Assembly: GCF_037042905.1 (NCBI RefSeq)
Contig: NC_087248.1
Span: 4,092,001-4,156,000, forward strand
Length of the DNA: 64,000 bases
From: Lytechinus pictus
Lineage: Eukaryota
Direction: 5' to 3'
How positions within the stretch are numbered: the stretch's first letter is position 1; every line of letters begins with the position of its first letter. This document shows, piece after piece, positions 23,675 through 38,100 of the stretch. Below the pieces are notes generated by a model. The model was not told the origin of the DNA. It worked only from the letters and a program-made list of their open reading frames with translations, and did not search any database. A program made the position numbers and the translations under genes.

Positions 23675-26600
23675 CAACAAGCCACCGCCATGGACACAAC
23701 ACCTGAGCCTGTTTTACCAAGATGACGACAAAATAACGATGATTAAAGTATTTGATTAACTTTTGATAATTAGTTTATGGCCTTTATTATTTATAAATTT
23801 TTTCTCTCTTTTTGAAAATCGTTTTAATCAATGAATATAATCACTTTGGTATTTCCATACTACATCTTCTTGCATGAGTAATTTACTTCTTTCTTTTGCT
23901 GTATCTTTATCATTCTTTGAATACAGTATACACAACTTTATATCTCGTATTTTTTTATATTCATTAAAAGTAACGTCAGAAACATTTTCTGTTTCGATTT
24001 GAGAAGCTTACAATTTGACTCGAATTTGTTCCTTTTAAAGCATCCGGTAAGGCGTTGCATATTCCTTTCAAATAAAAATTATATTAATTTAAGACATTCA
24101 AATTTCGAATCTAAAAGTACATCTTTGTATTCTAATTTCAAGATTCAAATAAGATGGTAATGCTTATATAGAAAATTCTACACATTCATATTAATTTATA
24201 TAACTTCATACTTTATTACCCCGGGGTATTAATGTTGTTTCTGGTTTCATTTGTCTAATGAATATTCGTAGTTATGATACCACTAAGCCGTCGAATTTAT
24301 ATTCTGCCATTTAGAGAATCTGTCCGATCAAGGCTTATATTGTGTAAAACACCTCTTAGGAAATATGATCTGTTCTGTGACGTGTGTACACTTTCTCATA
24401 ATACATAGTCATTATCAAGGATGAGTGGTATATATTACCCCCCCCCCATTTTCCTTATAGTTGGACTGTCTTACATGTACCTTCTGAATTGCACACACTC
24501 TGACATTCAAAGCAAATAAATTAAGCTCCAACAAAGTAACTGAACTCCTTGAACTACAATTTATGCAAATGGGTGTGGTTGAAATATGATTTGATATGTA
24601 GGCGAGTGAATATTACATTCACGTTGAGTAATAATTTTGAATGTTAATCAGGGAGTAGCCTAGATAGGTCTATTTGGCTTTTGCTATTCCCCCACATCGC
24701 ATTCATTACCCTATGTATTTTGTTATTTTTGTTAATTTGTCATTTTACAATATTCATTACTCCTTTACTATGGAATCATTTTGATTGATCTCGATATATT
24801 GTATCTTGTATGTTTTTTACAGATGTGAAATAAATGAATTTGAATTTGAATTTGAATTTGATTATAGCCCGAGTACCCGAAAAAATAGCCTAATTTATTA
24901 ACGTTAATTGATATTATTTTCCTGGTGGGCTAATATTTTAGCTTGTGATTTTAAATATTTTCTTGGAATTGGATTTAAATAAGGATATTGTAATGCCCAA
25001 TTCTGTTTTTAAACAAATATGTATGAAAAGCAGGATCATATAAAAATTACATTTGAAATTCTCTGATACATTTCTTTTTATATACATATTTGAAAAATAC
25101 AATGCTTTGTAGGATTGGTTGAAGGGTGTATATTCTATGTTAAAATAAGAAATAATAAAAAAATGCATTGGTGTCAGGAATAGAAATATAGTATATTTTG
25201 TTTATTGTGCAAATGAGATCTTATACTCCGTACTTGAAGTAATTTTAAATTTCTTTCTTGCAATCTTCATCTTCATTTTCCTCTTGCTCCTTTTTGTTCT
25301 TCTTTTTTTTCTCAATGGGATGAAAGCGAGATCGGTGAAGTTAGCATCGGAGGAAATAATATCAAGGAAAACAGAGTGATGAATTTACATTTAGTTATAG
25401 GGAGAGTGCGAGAGAAAGGGGAGAGAGCGAGAGAATGAGAGGGACGAAGGGGGAATGTGGGTAGAATTCCCTTACCCCTTATCCTATCCATACATAACTC
25501 CTTGATCCATTCAACAAAGTCCTACCATCAGAGGCGTCCTTTCATATTTCGGGGTGGGGAGGGGGGGGGGGGTGGTCATCAATTTTCTGCGCACCAAATT
25601 TTAGTACAGAATTTTGCGCGATAAGCTCGCCGAAAAATTGTAAAAATTTGCATGTTTCATGGCATTTGCATGCGAGTGTCTTTAATGTCTTTTAAACATA
25701 TTTTGTGTTAATTTATTGTATGTTTCAGGTTGTCAAAATCATGTATCATCACCCCTTCCCGGCTCCCATGAAGGCAACACTAAGCCTCCATATACCAGGG
25801 AAACTCACAATGCCATAATAAACAGTTCGATTGCAATTAAGTCGTGCATGACATATTGATTTCTTAAAACAATAAATATACTCAGCAAACCCAAAGTTAT
25901 CGTACTTGATCATGAATGTATCCGATCAATCTCATTTTGGTAATTAAGTTTTAATAACTCAGATTTCGCAAACTGGACTATACAATTCCTGATTAATCTA
26001 ATTTCCATACGCTTAAAACATGCAGTAGGCGTATACTTGCTAAACCGTGAACAGTTTCGAGCCTCTTGATGTCATATGAAATTCAATTCCACGAGCTATA
26101 AATACATAAATATAAACCTATTCTCCCAGTAAGCCTATCATAATGTTCGTCAACCATTTTAGGCACACAGTACTATGAGGCCCAGAGAGAGTTTTTATTT
26201 TGAAGTTTTGTCGATTTGTTCATTTACGAGCTGCAGGCTTAAAGACCCCGATTTTAGAATCTTACATCAATCACTTTAATTAAATGTAAATAATTTAAAT
26301 TTTAGTTGATATAAGCGTACAATTATAACGGGAAATTCGATTGTGGTATCAAAAGACTCCGCCTTTCATTTCAAATATTCATTTATCATAATTTAATTTA
26401 ATATAAATACTAACATCCTCTAAATGTTAAAGAATTGTCATGTGAATTACCTTGTAGTTTGACATTTTCAGTCTTAATGATCACGATACCCCCCCCCCCC
26501 CCGTTTCTCCATTATATAGAGGGAGAAATTATAGCTCAAAATAAAGAAAAAGAAAATGATGGTGTATAAAGGACTTTGGTCACGTGATTATTGCCCTCGA

Positions 26601-26841
26601 CTTCAAAACATTTATATCATTATTTCTCGTAATAGACTTTGTGTATTGTTTTTCAAGTATAGCACATAAAATTTGCTCCTTGTTCAATTTATTTTTTTTT
26701 CACCTTATCCATCGGTTATCTATACATTTTTTTCCAATCCTTACGCCTTCGAAGAATCCTTTTCATTCATTACATTTAGAATAATGCAATATTTATATTT
26801 TAGAACAATTGAATGCAGTTCATCCAGAAATCATGTTATTT

Positions 26842-27004
26842 CAGGGGGCGCGGAACGGTTTTAAAAGTGTGTGTGTGTGGGGGGGGGGTGACTGGCCATA
26901 CGAAAAATCACAATCAGATGGTAATTTTTACGCTTTTTGCACGATTTTTGGGGTAAAAAGTGGTGGGGGACTAAAGCCCCCAGTCGCCCGGTTCCGCGCC
27001 CCTG
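26842..27004. mobile_element. Short MITE (CAGGGG-CGCGGAAC family)
   Basis: TIR CAGGGGGCGCGGAAC / GTTCCGCGCCCCTG; homologous to 41699-41855. Confidence 0.7.
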
Positions 27005-27761
27005 ATTTTGGCGTACGTGACATTAACTTATGTCATGAAGGCTGCAGACCAACCTTATCTTTATAGTGCTGGTTAATCATTATCGAATTCAGTACGATAA
27101 AAATATTGTATTGAAAACGGTTTTATTAGGTTTCATTTGTCAAATATTTTTTTAAGATAACATAACATAACACAACAATACAAATCTATTTCTTGCCCTT
27201 TGGTTGGTGTTGGATAATGGCCAAGATATCCTGATGACAGAACAAATAAATTAACGATATGTACTGAACAGTTAATACTGTTAAACAAATATTGTAAAAA
27301 CGTGTATGGAAATTCCCGTTGCTGAAAACATGATATCATATTTGTCATGAGATTATGAGGTTGCTGATTTCAAGCGGGCAAAGGGGTGTGTCATATTTAC
27401 ATAATTCAGCTCGATGGATAACTGAAAAAAAAATCCAATATAGATTGAGTTCAACGCCATTTGGTGGTGCGAAGAGGAAGATATCTAGAAGCAGAAATTT
27501 TGTGTAGTGACACCTGGATTAGCAACCGAAGTGAGTATTTTTTGTTTAACCTCTCGATTTTCCTGTAGTTACATGGATATCTTTGCAGGACTTACACGTT
27601 TTGTTTTTTTAATATATAAGTTTCTTCATCGAAAACAAAAATGAAAATTGGAAAAGGAAACATAATGATGATGATGATAATATCAACAATTGTAATGATA
27701 ATGATGATAATAATGATATGCAGATGAAGAATGTCAGCGTATGAATTATACTCCACATCAA

Positions 27762-28043
27762 AGGTCAAGTCCACCCCAGAAAAATGATGATTTGAATCAA
27801 TGTAGACAAATTATATGAGCATAATGCTGAAAATTGGATGTAAAATAAGAAAGTCATTACATTTTAAAGTTTCGCTTATTTTTCACAAAACAGTTATATG
27901 TACAGCTCAGTATCAAGCAAATGAGAGAGTCGATGATGTCCCCTACTGACTATTTCTTTTGTTTTTTTATTGTTTGAATTGTACAATATTTATATTTTTA
28001 GAGATTCTCTTTTTTTAACTTTCTGTTGGGGTGGACTTGTTCT
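27762..28043. mobile_element. Internally deleted Kolobok-like element
   Basis: TIR AGGTCAAGTCCACCCC / GGGGTGGACTTGTTCT; body matches the left half of 42926-43514; flanked by TCAA on both sides. Confidence 0.75.
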
Positions 28044-29120
28044 TCAAGTATACGCCTCAGGTGCATTGGTGTTGGACGTTGCTCCAGCGTTCTTAAGCTC
28101 TTTTTAATTCATTTCAAATTTTATCAATATCAACGCATTTACAAAAGTAAAATGATAATGGTTTATGACTGAAAGATCGAAAAATGGGGTTGAAAAAAAG
28201 AAACAGAGGTGGTTGTGGAAGAAGAAAATGGGTAGACTCAGACACGGAGAAAGAATTCAGCGAGAATATTTTTTTTGTAATTGAAAATGGTACTTTCAGA
28301 AAATTGCTTTAACCAAGATATCTAACAGAATTACGTTCATGTTTATAACTGCTACAGGGGCCCCTTAGCAGAAAGAGTTGCGTTGAATTGGATGTTAAAA
28401 TCAAAAGCAGGTCAAATACTTTCCACGAAGGGTATTTTAGATTTAACACTACATAATGCATGGGCGGCGATTTGCCGGGCCGGCGGGGGGAATGACACTC
28501 AGCGATCAGTGTTCAACATCCTCAACTGTATTAGGCATATACAATCTATTCAATTTGTGAAGTCCTCTTTATCAAGAATGATGGAATCTTGATATTCCTG
28601 TGCCGTACTTATTTTATTTTAAATTGCAAGTTTAAATAAACAATTATTCGCCCTCGTTTTACATTATCAACATTTGTTGTTCTGAATAATAAATTTAGGA
28701 TGAAATAAGCAAGCTTATGCAATTAGACTCGGAGAGAGAGGCAAGGTATTGGTAAACCCGAAGGAGTGAACAAAGTAGGATAGAAGAGGAAGGTGACGGC
28801 AGACGTGGAGAAATAGAACAGGATAAGACTATTAATGTTACGACATAATGATTGAATCGAATAAAATTTCAAACATATGAAACAAGTTAGATACAATGAG
28901 GCATATTTGAAGAAAAAGAAATAACAAGGGTTTATTCATGAATACTGGTTTTATTACATTTTTTGACTTGGTTTTATGATCCTATCCTATCTCATCTTTC
29001 CAAATCATGACGCATAGGCCTTTATTCATCTTTTTTAAATTACAGCACCATTGAACCAAACAACATTGATAACAGCCCCTTGTGTTTCTTTTTCAATTTT
29101 ATTTGCCTCCCCCAAAAAGA

Positions 29121-32100
29121 ATGCCGGAAGGATCAGAACAAGAACTAGAAAATATGATACAAGTAGATAAGGAGGTAAGTGATCGACAGGATTTTATTTA
29201 TTCATTTTACTAGAATTAATAATTCAAATCTGATGCTTTTGATTCCATAACATTTCGTTCAATGAAGTGAGCACCCCCCCAAAAAAAAAAAAATGAAGAA
29301 ATTACTATTTTTTAACCAAGGCCAATTATTGGTTCTGGGATATAGACTTGGCATGGACAAATTCATATCGGTAATTCATTCAAAAATAATCATAGAAAAC
29401 AGTAAATTAGTGCACACACAATACTCTATTGCAATCGGTTAGTCAAAACTCATTGAGAAATCTTCAGATATGAAAAAAGAGATTTTTTTATCCCGAATAA
29501 CTCATTTACAAAAAAAAAACCTTCCTTCATTTTAGGACTATCTAACTTAATTTCTTTTTAACAAACCATCAGATTATCTAAACTTCGGACTGATGAATTT
29601 TTGGAATATTAAATCTTCTTATTATTCAAAGGTTCGGAATACGAACCCTGGGAAAACAATTGTCAGATTAATTTCAGATGCGGCTGTTGTTGTACAAAAT
29701 ACTGGTTTGCGGACCTGAGTGCTCTTGTCTGAGGAAAAAACATGAATATCCAGTAAATAATAAATGAATTCTTCATTTTCTAATATTTTCTAGATGATGC
29801 TTTTTGCGTTACAATCCACGCTAGAAAATGCAGAAGATGAGACCATCAGGAAAGAAGAATATCACTTTAAGTTGGTGACTTATACAGGTTTTGAACAACA
29901 GGTTAGTGCACCTTTTATTAATGAGTAGCTTTGAAAGAGAAGGATCTTTTCTAAATTATTATCGTATCACCGATCTGTGTATTGATATACAGATCAGTGC
30001 ATGATGTACTTTTTTTGTTTATGTAAGTAACTTTTTTATCACTTTTACTTCAACTTCTTTTCATATAAAAATTCCCATGCAATATCATCTAGGCCTACTT
30101 CAGGGCGATCCTCTTATACAAGTTTTCTCCCGGTGTCGATCAAGGGGAGAAGGGGGGGGTATATATATCCCCAAATATTTCAGGTGGGGAGGGCTTTTGT
30201 TATCATCCCTAATACTTAACAGTTGAACATCAGCCAACTTTATGAGGAATCATATGACAAGTGTGAAAAAGAAATTTCATGCAAGCACAGACTCAAATTT
30301 GACGGATCGCCAATTTCATGATAATAAAGTGAAAAGTAGACTCCAAACCCTTTTTGTGTCAGGCAGCCACAGTTCTATTCTCACTACTTCATACTCGGCA
30401 TTATGCATTATACGAATTAAGAAAATCTGTGCCTGCGGACTAATGATAGATTGTGGTATATGCACATGATGACCATCATTTTTTTTCTCTCTGAATTTTC
30501 TTAGGTTAATTGTTAATGAATAAATCGATTCCTTTCATAAAATTGTCAGAAACAGATACATGTAGGTGGAGGAAATATTCCAGGATGAAAAAGAATAACA
30601 TGTTCATTAAATGATGTTGAAACCAAATCAATGAATTCTCATTTTATCTGTCTCTCTTCTCCCCCTTTCATAACACTTCGAATGGATTTCCACAAAGTAT
30701 GGGTGTTTGACTGATGTCACGTTGACACCGGATCTCACTGAGGTAAGATTTTATTATCATCGTAATCATGGTAATTACGGGTGGGTGGGACAGAAAAAAT
30801 AGTATGCCTTTACCATGGCAAACATTTTCCTTCAAATTTGACAAATGTGTCGTATCGGCTTCAGTCCAGGTCCATGGTCCAACCTACTCAGCGAGACAAA
30901 CAGTCTGTATAATAAATTTGAAAAAGTTCCCCAATTTAGGGGATTTGGGAGAAGACTCGTTTTCCAAATGCACAGGAAAGGAAATGTGTGAGAGAGCTCT
31001 AGTTTGTATTGAGCGAAAATAAGGGGAACTGGCTTGATTCCCAAATTAATCAACGATTTATTGCGACGATATACCGTTAATACAGGACTAGACATTTGAA
31101 AGTCCTGGATTCAATCCCCGGCCACGGAACATTTGCCCGTGAGCAAGGAATATAATCATCAGTGCTCGTTTTATAGTCTGATTACTGTTTTTTCCCATGA
31201 GTATTTATTACTCAATGTCTCACAATGATTTGATTTGATTAGATCCCGGGGATTAGATTCAAATATGTATTCATTACAAACCACCTTGCAGTCTAAAGCT
31301 AATATACGGTGTATACGGGGTATGTAACCGTGGACATAATGCTACCATCTTTCCGTTATTAAAGACCTATAACTTTTTTTCGATTTTATATATTGTAATG
31401 GATTTGTTGTGATATAAAGTAATACAGTGAATATCAATATGCGAGCGAGCGAGCGAATTTTCAGTACTTCGAAGACAAAATGGTGTTCAAAACTTTTTCA
31501 AAGTGGTGTGTTATTACGAGTAGCACATTACGGGCAATGAATACGTATACAGTTTGTATAAAAAAAACGGTACAGATTTGAAAAGTCTATAAGATTTTAG
31601 TTTCAAATTATTATGTCTATATTTATTGTGTTAATTGGTGCTCTAAGGTCTTCTCTTTCAAATGCTATTAAAAAATTTAGTTTTGTTCATGCTTGAGGGA
31701 ACACGGGACGTTTTTGTTGGGGGTTCAAAAAGAGGCTTGCGCCAGAATTGCAGAATATGAGTAATATGATGATCGGACTTCTTGCTAATTAGCAGACTTC
31801 CTCTTAACCTTTTCATTATCTTTGCAATAATTTTCAAATCATGCGGTCAAAATTCATTTTCAGATCTATTTATTTGTTGAATTATTCTGTTATTTCTTTT
31901 TAATATGCTCTGTGTTAGCTTTGAATATTCCTTCTTCAAGCTAAAATTATTTTTTTTCAACCGAATTATGGGAGAGCATGGATTTTTATTCAAATCCTTT
32001 CATTATGTGCTACAAAGGTTATGGTGCCTTTTGAACAAAGCCACACAGATGGGCGGGCGCTCGGGTTGCTCCCCCCACTCAATTAAAAAAATCATGACCA

Positions 32101-35100
32101 AGAAAAAAAGTGGACAGGAAATAAAAGGAAAGATAGAAAGTAAAATATGATATTATTTTCTGAATATTATATCAAAATCTATCACAAAATTTGATATTGT
32201 GATTAAAAAAAGGGGGAATATTTGCGTGCTCACTTCGCTCGCTCACAACTTTTTTATACATTTTACCCGATCTGCCATATCTAGCTCTTTCAAAATTGAC
32301 TCAATACACCATTGTCATTGAAAGACATTAATCCCTTCCTGTGTTTCCTGTCAAGCAATTAAACTTGGTCAAGGAATTAATGACCCATTGAAAAATAGAT
32401 TCATGTCTTTTAAAGGTACATAACATAATTTGTTTCACATAATAAAACGATTTGAATAATCACAAGTTTTCCCAATTAATAATTCAAATCTTCTTGCTTG
32501 TGTCGAAAAAAAAATCTTCTTTTCTCAGTTACTTATGAAGGAAAATTAAAAGGTAAGAAAAGTTTAAATGAAAAAACAAAACAATTCAATTAAATAGATA
32601 ACTTTGTAAATGAAATTTGACAGCAGAATTCGAAAATTGTGGCACAGATAATGAAAAAGTCAAGAGGAAGTCTCCTGATTAGCAAGAAGTCTGATCATTG
32701 TATGGTTACACATATTCTGCAATTATGGCGCAAGCCTCCATTTGAACCCCCAACAAAAACGTCCCGTGTTCGCCCAAGCATAAATAAAATTTATTTTTTT
32801 AAATTGCATTTCAAAGATAAGACCTTAGAGCATCTATTAACACCATAATATAGACATCATTATTTGAAACAAAAATTTTATAGACTTTTCAAATCTGTCC
32901 CGTTTTTTTTATACGCACTGTATACGTATATTGTAAGTGTGTTTGTTATACTACCATCTTTCTAAACGGCCTATATTACGGTTTTTCGATGTGGATATAT
33001 TGAAATGGATCTGTCATGATATAAAGTTACGAATTACAGTTAATATCAAAATGCGAGCGAGAAAAGCGAGCGAGCAAATTTCCAAATTTACAAAGACAGA
33101 ATGGTGACCAAAAATCGTATTTCGAGGAGTGTGTAGTTATGGAGAAATGCAGCGAGTTAGCATAGAAATCGAGCCTTGAAAAAGTTGATTTAATCGTTAA
33201 AATGATGTGCATATACATGTATTACAATGGATGATAAAGGCAAATTATCAATAAATGAAACATTAGAAGAGCAGGAAAACGAAAATAAAGAGCAAATAAG
33301 TATCAAACAGTCCATGTTCTGTTCAATCAAAACTCATTTGCTCACTGGTTAAAGATGAGATAAGAATAAAAATAAATGTGATCATTATTATCAGGAATAT
33401 GAAACGATTATAGGCCATCGCAGAACACAATGTAAGCTTCGAAAAACATCGAAATAGCACTCAATGCAAACTAAAAGGAAAATATTGCAGGAAACGAATT
33501 ATTTTACAACATTCAACATTTTGAACAAAATTCATATTTGAGATATTTGATAGATTTTCATGGAATTGATACGATTTAAAGTCTCCTATAACCGGATAAT
33601 AAAGTGTGTGGGAAATATTTCTTTGATATTAAACGTGCCTCTGATGTGTTCCATTTGGTTTATGTTGGTCAATGTCATCAGTAACTCATCATACACTTTA
33701 CTTGAAGTATTCAGGGTATGCCTATATATTTTTTAAATATACCCCGCTTCCACAAAGATGAAAGGAAAATAATTATGACCCCCACATTCACGCCAGTACC
33801 TGTATTCAAACTATGTTTTGCTTGGTTTATGATCATTTTAAAAGTAAATGGTATTATCCAATTCATAAATTGATGTATTCTAATCAGACTCTCATTATGC
33901 AGGGGGAAATAACATTTGCAATAATAAGGCTAAACATGGTGATTTGTCATGACCAAAATCTTGTAAGATTAGTTTTTCATTTTTTATAAAGCAAAATTTT
34001 TAGACAAATTTAAGCAATTTTACCGCATTTAAAAATGAATACACCCATTAGTAGTATTAATTATCTGATGATAAAAAATCGTTCTGCCCTAAAAGTGGGG
34101 GGAGGGGTGATTGTACATGCCCCCCCCCTCTGCAAAAAATGGGGGATGTATCCCCTATCCCCCGGGATTTACGCCCGTGGTTGACGGGATGTAAAGGGTT
34201 TTACAATGTTAAAACGGAGCAGCAGCTGAGTAGACGAGGGATATTGTTGAGAATGAAAGATGAAAAATCAAAGGCCATACATAATATGCACATCCAATAC
34301 AAAATTACATAAAAATAGAAATAAGAAAGGATAGATTAAAACATCATCAAATCCGAGATTACGGTTTATTGAGGATAAGGTAGTTAAAGCATGGACCCTA
34401 TTCTGTCGATGGCCTAACAATGTTCTGTTGTCCTGTGTTTTCTTTAGATGGCGATGGGAAAGTTAACAGCATGTTTTGAAGCTGTAGAAGAGGGATTGAT
34501 GACCGAAGATGACTATTTTTTCGAGCTCATATCACCTTTCTTCTTTTACACCGTAAGTATGTGTCATAACAAAAGAAGGTATGTTGTTATTAGTAAGAAA
34601 TGAACATTGATAATAATTAAGTAACATAATTATTCTGATGTACAAGACAGTTGTAAGAAGATTCTCCAAAATAAGTATGTTAAAACAAGAAAATATGAAT
34701 CTGAACTATTTCCCTTTTCAGTATTACGGCATTTTCTGCGATATTCATATCATTTAATTTAGGTTGGTTGAATTTTAAATTCCTTTTCACAGATATATTG
34801 ATTGATTGGTGGTGATTTTTTTACCTGATTGCTAAGAAAGCACGAATGCTTGTAAGCAAGCAACCAGAGGACCGACGGCTTAAGGTCCTCTCCAAAGGAC
34901 CTGGTACTGAGGATTAATGCCTTACCAAAGGGCACTAGCGCACCAAGTGGGAATCGAAACCGGGTCACCGGAATACGAATCCCCCGCTCTACCGACTGAG
35001 CTATCACGCCTCCTATATAATTGATGTGGCGTTCGGCTTGACAGAGATGAAAGTTTATATTGGATTGAAAACAATTACTATACAAATCATTCCATTTATC

Positions 35101-38100
35101 ATATTATTTCAGGGTTTCTTCCAATTTTTCTTCATATCTTTTTTAATTTGTCTCTTTTTTTAATAAAAAGATTTTTTATTGACTAACGAGACTATTACTC
35201 TCTAAAATACCCAAATTGAAACATGCAATAATCATTGATAATAAAGAAAAAATATACGCAGATAAGTGATCCATAGATAGATATGCCCTTTTCATTCACT
35301 TTTTGGGTCACAATTCTGATACTTCTTTGACACAATACGTTTTGACGATTTAAAACGAAAATCATCCGGTTTAATTTCATAGCGTTATTTATCAAACAAT
35401 TTTTGCAGTGAATTTTATATATGTTAATTTCTCTCTCACTTCATTATTTCAGTCAGGAAAATACAATCAAACAGACCAACTTCTGACGACAATGTCAGCT
35501 TTGTCAAAGATATCCAACTTTCAGGTAAGGTTGAAAAAAACATTGTCTCAGTTTCTTTCTTTTAACTATAAATAAAACTATTTTTACTGTACAATCTAAG
35601 AACTGTATATACTGTATGTAATAATATGTATCACCTGATTCATTTTTATTCGCATGTATGTTCAAAGGATGAAGAAAATGACACAAATGATCTGAATGCA
35701 TTTCTGATGTTGAATGAACCTAACGATCTCGAGGAAAACAGACTTTTGCAAATATTGATACCAAATCTACTTCCTTATTGATTTAATGTTCTTAATTACT
35801 CTAATGGGCAATAGCTGTAAATGGATAATTCCATTTAGATGTGTTTAATGACAAGAAAAAAGTCGGATCAAGAATACTTCTTACAGTTTGGACACAATAA
35901 AGCCCTATATTGGGCTAACACAAGTGTATGTTGTGTGTCACTAAACCATCAAATGGTATTTGTAAATTTAACGAAAGAAGTTAAAGAGAACTGACTCTTT
36001 AAATTTAATGTTTATCACCGTTTGTAAATAAAATTGTTCTTTTGGTCACCTTTCTTTAAATAATATTCTGTCTATTGTGTTCTTTTTTAAATTTGTCTTT
36101 TTTGTTATTTTACAAGCTTTACGATTTATCTTTTTATTTTTAGTGCTCAATGCCTATTTGAAGTTGTTTGTACATATTGAAAATAATGAAATGATTATTA
36201 TGTTTCTCTTGTTTCCTTTTAATTCGCATGGTATGCTTGAAGGACGAAGAAAATGTGGAAGAAAACATTTTTATTGCATTTCCGGTGTTGAGTGGACCTT
36301 GCGATCTCGAGGTAAACAGACTTTTACACTGGGGTACAGATGGAAGGGGGCTGGGGGGGGGGGGTGGTGAACTGTGTCATCAGTTACTTAGTCAATTACC
36401 TCATTTTGAAATAAACCATCTCGGTTTTCATTGGCTATCCTGTCAAGGTATTTTCGTACATTTTATCATATTCTTGTACATGTAATTAACGAGCAAAAAC
36501 CTTTTTCTGTCCAGACATCATTGATCAAGGAAAGGTCTACTTCCAAAGATCCGATCTACCAAAAGACGAGAATCCGTGATGTAAGTATATGTCATATTCG
36601 TTTTTTATACCTTATCTGTGTTTAATACTGTATTGAATCATAACATAACATTTCAGATTAAAAATTATAATCCTGGAATAAAATGTTTCAAGGCTAGACG
36701 ATTTTTTAGACCATGATTGTTATTTCAATACTGGGGTCTGATAATATGCGATCAACGAAAGTTTTATTTATTAAAAAAAACAGATAAATTTGCATGGTCA
36801 TAATGCAATGATTCTAGTAAATTACTATTATGGGATATGAATTGAATAAAAATCATATAAACAGACTAAGATGAAACAGAAAACTGGAATTTCATGAGGT
36901 TCCGATAAAATTCGAAACACTTTAATATTATATTCAATAAGTGAATAGATGGCATATTTATCCAAAGACAATACCCGAGTAGGCCTACTCGATTATGATG
37001 CAGAAAACAATGATGACGATGGTGATGATGATGAAAATGAATATATTAGTATTAATGTTACATTGATTTTTGATAAAAGTAATGATAATATAGCAGGACG
37101 GTAACATGTTGTAATATTATCGATAACAATAATGACATGCAGTTCTAATGATAATGATGACAATATTAGTAACAATAACTACTAAACCATATGTAATGAT
37201 GTGAAAACAATTATAGTAATGCAATAGTTAGAAACAGTTACATATACTTGATAATGATATAACTATTTATATCAATAAATTATCAATTATATATCTTTTT
37301 ACTTTTGAATTAACTTTTAATATATTCATTCGTTATTACTTCACAGAAAAAAATCGATTTCACTTCAAAAGAGATGATACAAGTCGAACTGAATCAGCTT
37401 CACCACGTCTTTGGGGTAAATATCACGTAAACGGGGACATATGAAGTTAAAAGGAAAACATGACAGTTTGCATATAACCGTTTTCACAGAATGCTGCAAA
37501 ATTTTAATATTAAATAACTTTGTTATTTGTTATCAGATTTTGAAAAATTTTTCCTTATATTCTGCTCTTTGGATTTTAATCTATATATTTAGATATAATT
37601 ATTTTTTAGCCCCGATATATCCATTTAAACGCTTTTAGCTATAAAACATGCATGTGTCCACATCTATCAAAATATTTTTTAAGCCAAGAAACGTATATCA
37701 AATAATTAATTTCGAGTAGCAAAACAATATTTGAATGATTATGATATGAATTCGTGGATGTGCACCAAGAATTGCATGTGATCGTTTAATATCCAAGATT
37801 GCACTGAAGAACTTTGAATTAACATTAATCTTTAACGATTTTGTTAAATCATAAAATGACAATCGTATATCATATTCAGGTTGATACTAATTGATAATTG
37901 ACTAAATAGTTAATTTATACTAGGTATACAAGGCATGTAGACTATGTATAAGTAGAGACAGTAAATATTTTCCTCATAATGCACAGATAGGTTGAAACAA
38001 ATAATCAAGACAGCTCTGTTCTTTTATGATCTATCTGTCTCTCTAGAAGCGCTCAGTTGGCGGAAATACGATATACATTTGGATGGTCTGTATGCTATTG

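Noticed and set aside
34940-35013. tRNA gene on the minus strand
   Set aside because: A and B boxes are present, but there is no proper acceptor stem or oligo-T terminator and it runs into a SINE body and tail.
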